From: Octopus sinensis
Lineage: Eukaryota
Assembly (NCBI RefSeq): GCF_006345805.1
Contig: NC_043002.1
Span: 45,632,001 to 45,696,000 of the forward strand
Length of the DNA: 64,000 nucleotides
Direction of reading: 5' to 3'
Shown piece by piece: positions 60,800 to 64,000 of this stretch. Every line of letters begins with the position of its first letter. Position 1 is the first letter of the stretch. The position numbers were made by a program, and so were the translations under genes. The notes beneath the pieces were generated by a model. The model was not told the origin of the DNA, did no database searches, and saw only the letters and a program-made list of their open reading frames with translations.

Positions 60800-61056
60800 T
60801 ATCCTCAATATTTCTGAGCAATATTCTTTGTTCATCTGGTAGGTGAACTTGCAGACTCACTACAGCAGGTGCTCTTTCACGAATTGAAAATCCTAAAATG
60901 GATGCAACTACTTCTGATGGTCCATTATTCCTACCCATTACATATTGACTAATTTCATTATTATTGTTTATTTGAATAGCAGCTCATTCATTTCCTTTTA
61001 GCATGTATTTGATGACATACTTAATTGACCTCACTGAAGCAACCTATTTCAACATT
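60800..61056 (-). mobile_element. Helitron Rep/helicase fragment in MyD88 intron 1
   Basis: Minus strand NVEI.ASVRSIKYVIKYMLKG ... NEISQYVMGRNNGPSEVVASILGFSIRERAPAVVSLQVHLPDEQRI, matching the Helitron NVE..SVKSIKY..KY..KG...DEI..Y...R.....EA.WRI..F.IHER.P.V..L.VHL...Q pattern. Confidence 0.7.
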
Positions 61057-62079
61057 GTAGAGTATGTATGTATATATATATATATATATATATACTATTA
61101 TAAATTTGGGTGTTGTTTCTCTGTCCATTATGTTTTTATGTTCGTTAACTCCTCCAAGACTCTTGGTGTAAGGAGAACGAAACTCAGACCAGCAACTCCC
61201 CTAATCCTAGGGAATGTCCTAAGGGAGTCTATTTTTCTAAAGGCTGCCTAATTGGAGCCCCACATGGTGAGACTGAACCTGGAACCATGTGGCTGCGAAG
61301 CAAACTTCTTACCACCCAGCCACACCTATACCTTTTATCTTTATTTTTTTATCTTTTACTTGTTTCAGTCATTAGACTGCAGCCATGCTGGAACATTACT
61401 TTGAAAGGATTACTTAAACAAATCAATCCCAATACTTAGTTTCATTTTTTAAACCTGATATTTATTATATTGGTCTCTTTTGCTGAACTGTTAAGTTACA
61501 AGAAATGTAAACAAACCAGAACTGGTTCTCAGGTGGTGATGGTGGATAACCATAAGCACAAAAACACACACACCTAGATAGATGCACACACACATGACAA
61601 ACTTCTTTCAGTTTCTCTTTACCATATCCACTCACAAGACTTTGGTTGGCCCAGGGCTATAGTAGAAGACACTTTCCCAAGTTGCCACACAGTGGGATTG
61701 AACCTGGAACTATGTGGGTTGGAAAGCAAACTTCTTAACACACAGCCATGCTTATGTCTAATTGATAACCTTTTAGATATTAGTGAGTTGTCAATTTATC
61801 AAGGTGTCAGTGATAAATGTTATAACTTAGGACAGATCAGCAGTCATGCTATGAAATTTATCTGTTATCTTTTACTTATTTCCGTCATTGAACTGCAGCC
61901 GTGTTATGGTACCACCATTGAAAGGTTTAGTCAAAGAAAATCGACCCCAATAGTTATTCCTTTTTAAGCCTGGTATTTATTCTGTCAGTTTCTTTTTACT
62001 GAACTACTAAGTTATAGGGACATGAACTAACCAACATTGGTTGTCAAGCAGTGAGCACAAAGATACATACACATAGTTA

Positions 62080-62120
62080 TATATATGTGCATATATATAT
62101 ATGTATATGTGTGTGTATAT

Positions 62121-62201
<81 letters not shown>

Positions 62202-62222
62202 ATATATATATGTGTGTGTGTG

Positions 62223-62261
<39 letters not shown>

Positions 62262-62265
62262 TTAT
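62080..62265. repeat. Compound (TA)n/(TG)n microsatellite (others at 18078-18125 (ATT)n, 25363-25398 (TG)n, 63230-63310, 63745-63900)
   Basis: Seen directly. Confidence 0.9.
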
Positions 62266-62544
62266 ATTAAGGGCATTACTATACATAAATGCCTCATGCT
62301 ATGAGAGACTCTTAAAGTCAAAACTACTATAATAAACACATTGTACCGAATGCAAGGGAATGCAACTCTCGAAGCGAGCTCCTTAAAAACAGATTCAGCC
62401 ACAAATCATATGATTTCATAATTAGTGCACAAAATGCACTTTTTAATCATCAGTGCAGGTATAATCAAGACACATAAAAATGAACAAAAAATCAATATAC
62501 CAGACAAACACCAAATGTATCCAGCATAGTATATAGAGTTGTTC

Positions 62545-62982
62545 ACCAAAATCAAAATCGATCCACATCGATGGAATTTGTAGTTTGTGGTACCAGTGCC
62601 GGTGGCACATAAGAGAACCATCTGAACGTGGCCGTAGCCAGCACCGCATTAACTGGCCTCCATGCTGGTGGCACGTAACAAACACCATCCGATCGTGGCC
62701 GTGCCAGCTTCGCCTGGTCTCCGTGCTGGTGGCACGTAAAAAACACCATCTGAGCATGGCCGTTCGCCAGCCTCGTCTGGCACCTGTGTCGGTGGCACAT
62801 AAAAAGCACCCACTACACTCATGGAGTGGTTGGCGTTAGAAAGGGCATCCAGCTGTAGAAACACCGCCAGATCTGACTGACCTGGTGCAGTCTTCGGGCT
62901 TCCCAGACCCCAGTTGAACCGTCCAACCCATGCTAGCATGGAAAGCGGATGTTAAACGATGATGATGATGATAATGATGATA
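62545..62982 (+). mobile_element. (GAT)n-tailed SINE with 4 internal units of about 60 bp
   Basis: Same structure as 59757 with one more unit. Confidence 0.85.
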
Positions 62983-63329
62983 TATCTATGTAAGAGGTGG
63001 GCTTTTCGAATTGCATCTCAGTACACGTGTATATTCAGAATAAATTCAGCACTGAATATATTCCGGTTAAATTTACAATTTGAAAATAGGATAAAATCTT
63101 TAAAAGAATTTTTATGTGTCTTGATATAAATAAATATATTTAAAGGGAATAATGAAAAAATTTTCCCTTATAAAGTTTTTCATGCTGACTACTTGAAAAA
63201 TTCTTTTAAAGATTTTATCCTATTTTTAAATTGTATATATATATATAATATATATATATATATATTATATATATATATATATATATGTATATTTATATAT
63301 GTATTTGTATATTTATATATGTATTTGGA

Positions 63330-63735
63330 CCTTGGATCGTAGAGTGACCCACTGTTCTTGGGAAGACCTATTGAGTCAAGTACGTCAACACCAACATCAA
63401 AATAAAAATCAAATGGAAATCCAGTGCTGCCTTGACTGGCTTCCATGCCGGTGGCATGTAAAGAGCACCAACTGATCGTGGCCGTTGCCAGCTTTGCCTG
63501 GCACCTGTGCTGGTGGCATGTAAAAAGCACCCACTACACTCACAGAGTGGTTGGCGTTAGGAAGGGCATCCAGCCATAGAAACACTGCCAGAGCAGACTG
63601 GAGCCTGGTGCAGCCTTCTGGCTTCCCAGACCCTGGTCGAAAACCGTCCAACCCATGCTAGCATGGAAAACAGACATTTAACGATGATGATGATGATGAT
63701 ACTCGTGCCGGTGGTACATAAAAAGCACCATCTGA
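63330..63735 (+). mobile_element. (GAT)n-tailed SINE with 2 internal units plus one extra unit after the tail
   Basis: Same family; GTGCCGGTGGTACATAAAAAGCACCATCTGAACGT reappears at about 63706-63740, after the (GAT)n tail. Confidence 0.8.
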
Positions 63736-63831
63736 ACGTCGTATATAAATATATGTGTGTGTGTGTAGATGTGTGTGTGTATATATATATATATATATGT
63801 GTGTGTGTATATATATATGTATGTGTGTATG

Positions 63832-63864
<33 letters not shown>

Positions 63865-64000
63865 ATATATGTACGTATGTATGTATTTGTGTGTCTGTGT
63901 TTCTCCCCCCTCCACCACTTGACAACAGATGTTGGTGTGTTTACATCCACATAACTTAGTAGTTCAGCAAAAGTGACCAATAGAATAAGTATTAGGTTTA

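Noticed and set aside
60870-60960. Possible MyD88 exon 2 on the + strand after ttgcag
   Set aside because: The translation has no intermediate or TIR similarity and stops quickly; the opposite strand is Helitron protein.

Overview
AT-rich, intron-rich animal genomic DNA. The organism is most likely an octopus (coleoid cephalopod); this is inferred from the SINE and microsatellite landscape, not from a database match. Two host genes lie on the + strand. (1) The 3' part of a spliced gene with phase-compatible exons at 4924-4944 (tentative), 12614-12894, 26454-26582, 29644-29771 and 31679-31783. It encodes a low-complexity Pro/Ser/Ala region, a BCL11/ZNF296-type C2HC finger and one C2H2 finger, then stops, with no C-terminal DNA-binding finger cluster. 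(2) The first coding exon of a MyD88 homolog (death domain, 55002-55365); its TIR exons are not visible in the window. The rest is transposon-derived: hAT, pogo/Tigger-like and piggyBac DNA transposons and MITEs, a Helitron fragment, decayed LINE pieces, and a decayed Ty3/Gypsy element. Two insertions are nested in the Gypsy element: a SINE dimer with an 18-bp TSD and a 4.5-kb, almost intact CR1-clade LINE whose only visible lesions are three single-base deletions in short homopolymer runs. Most short ORFs in the supplied track are microsatellite or repeat artefacts.
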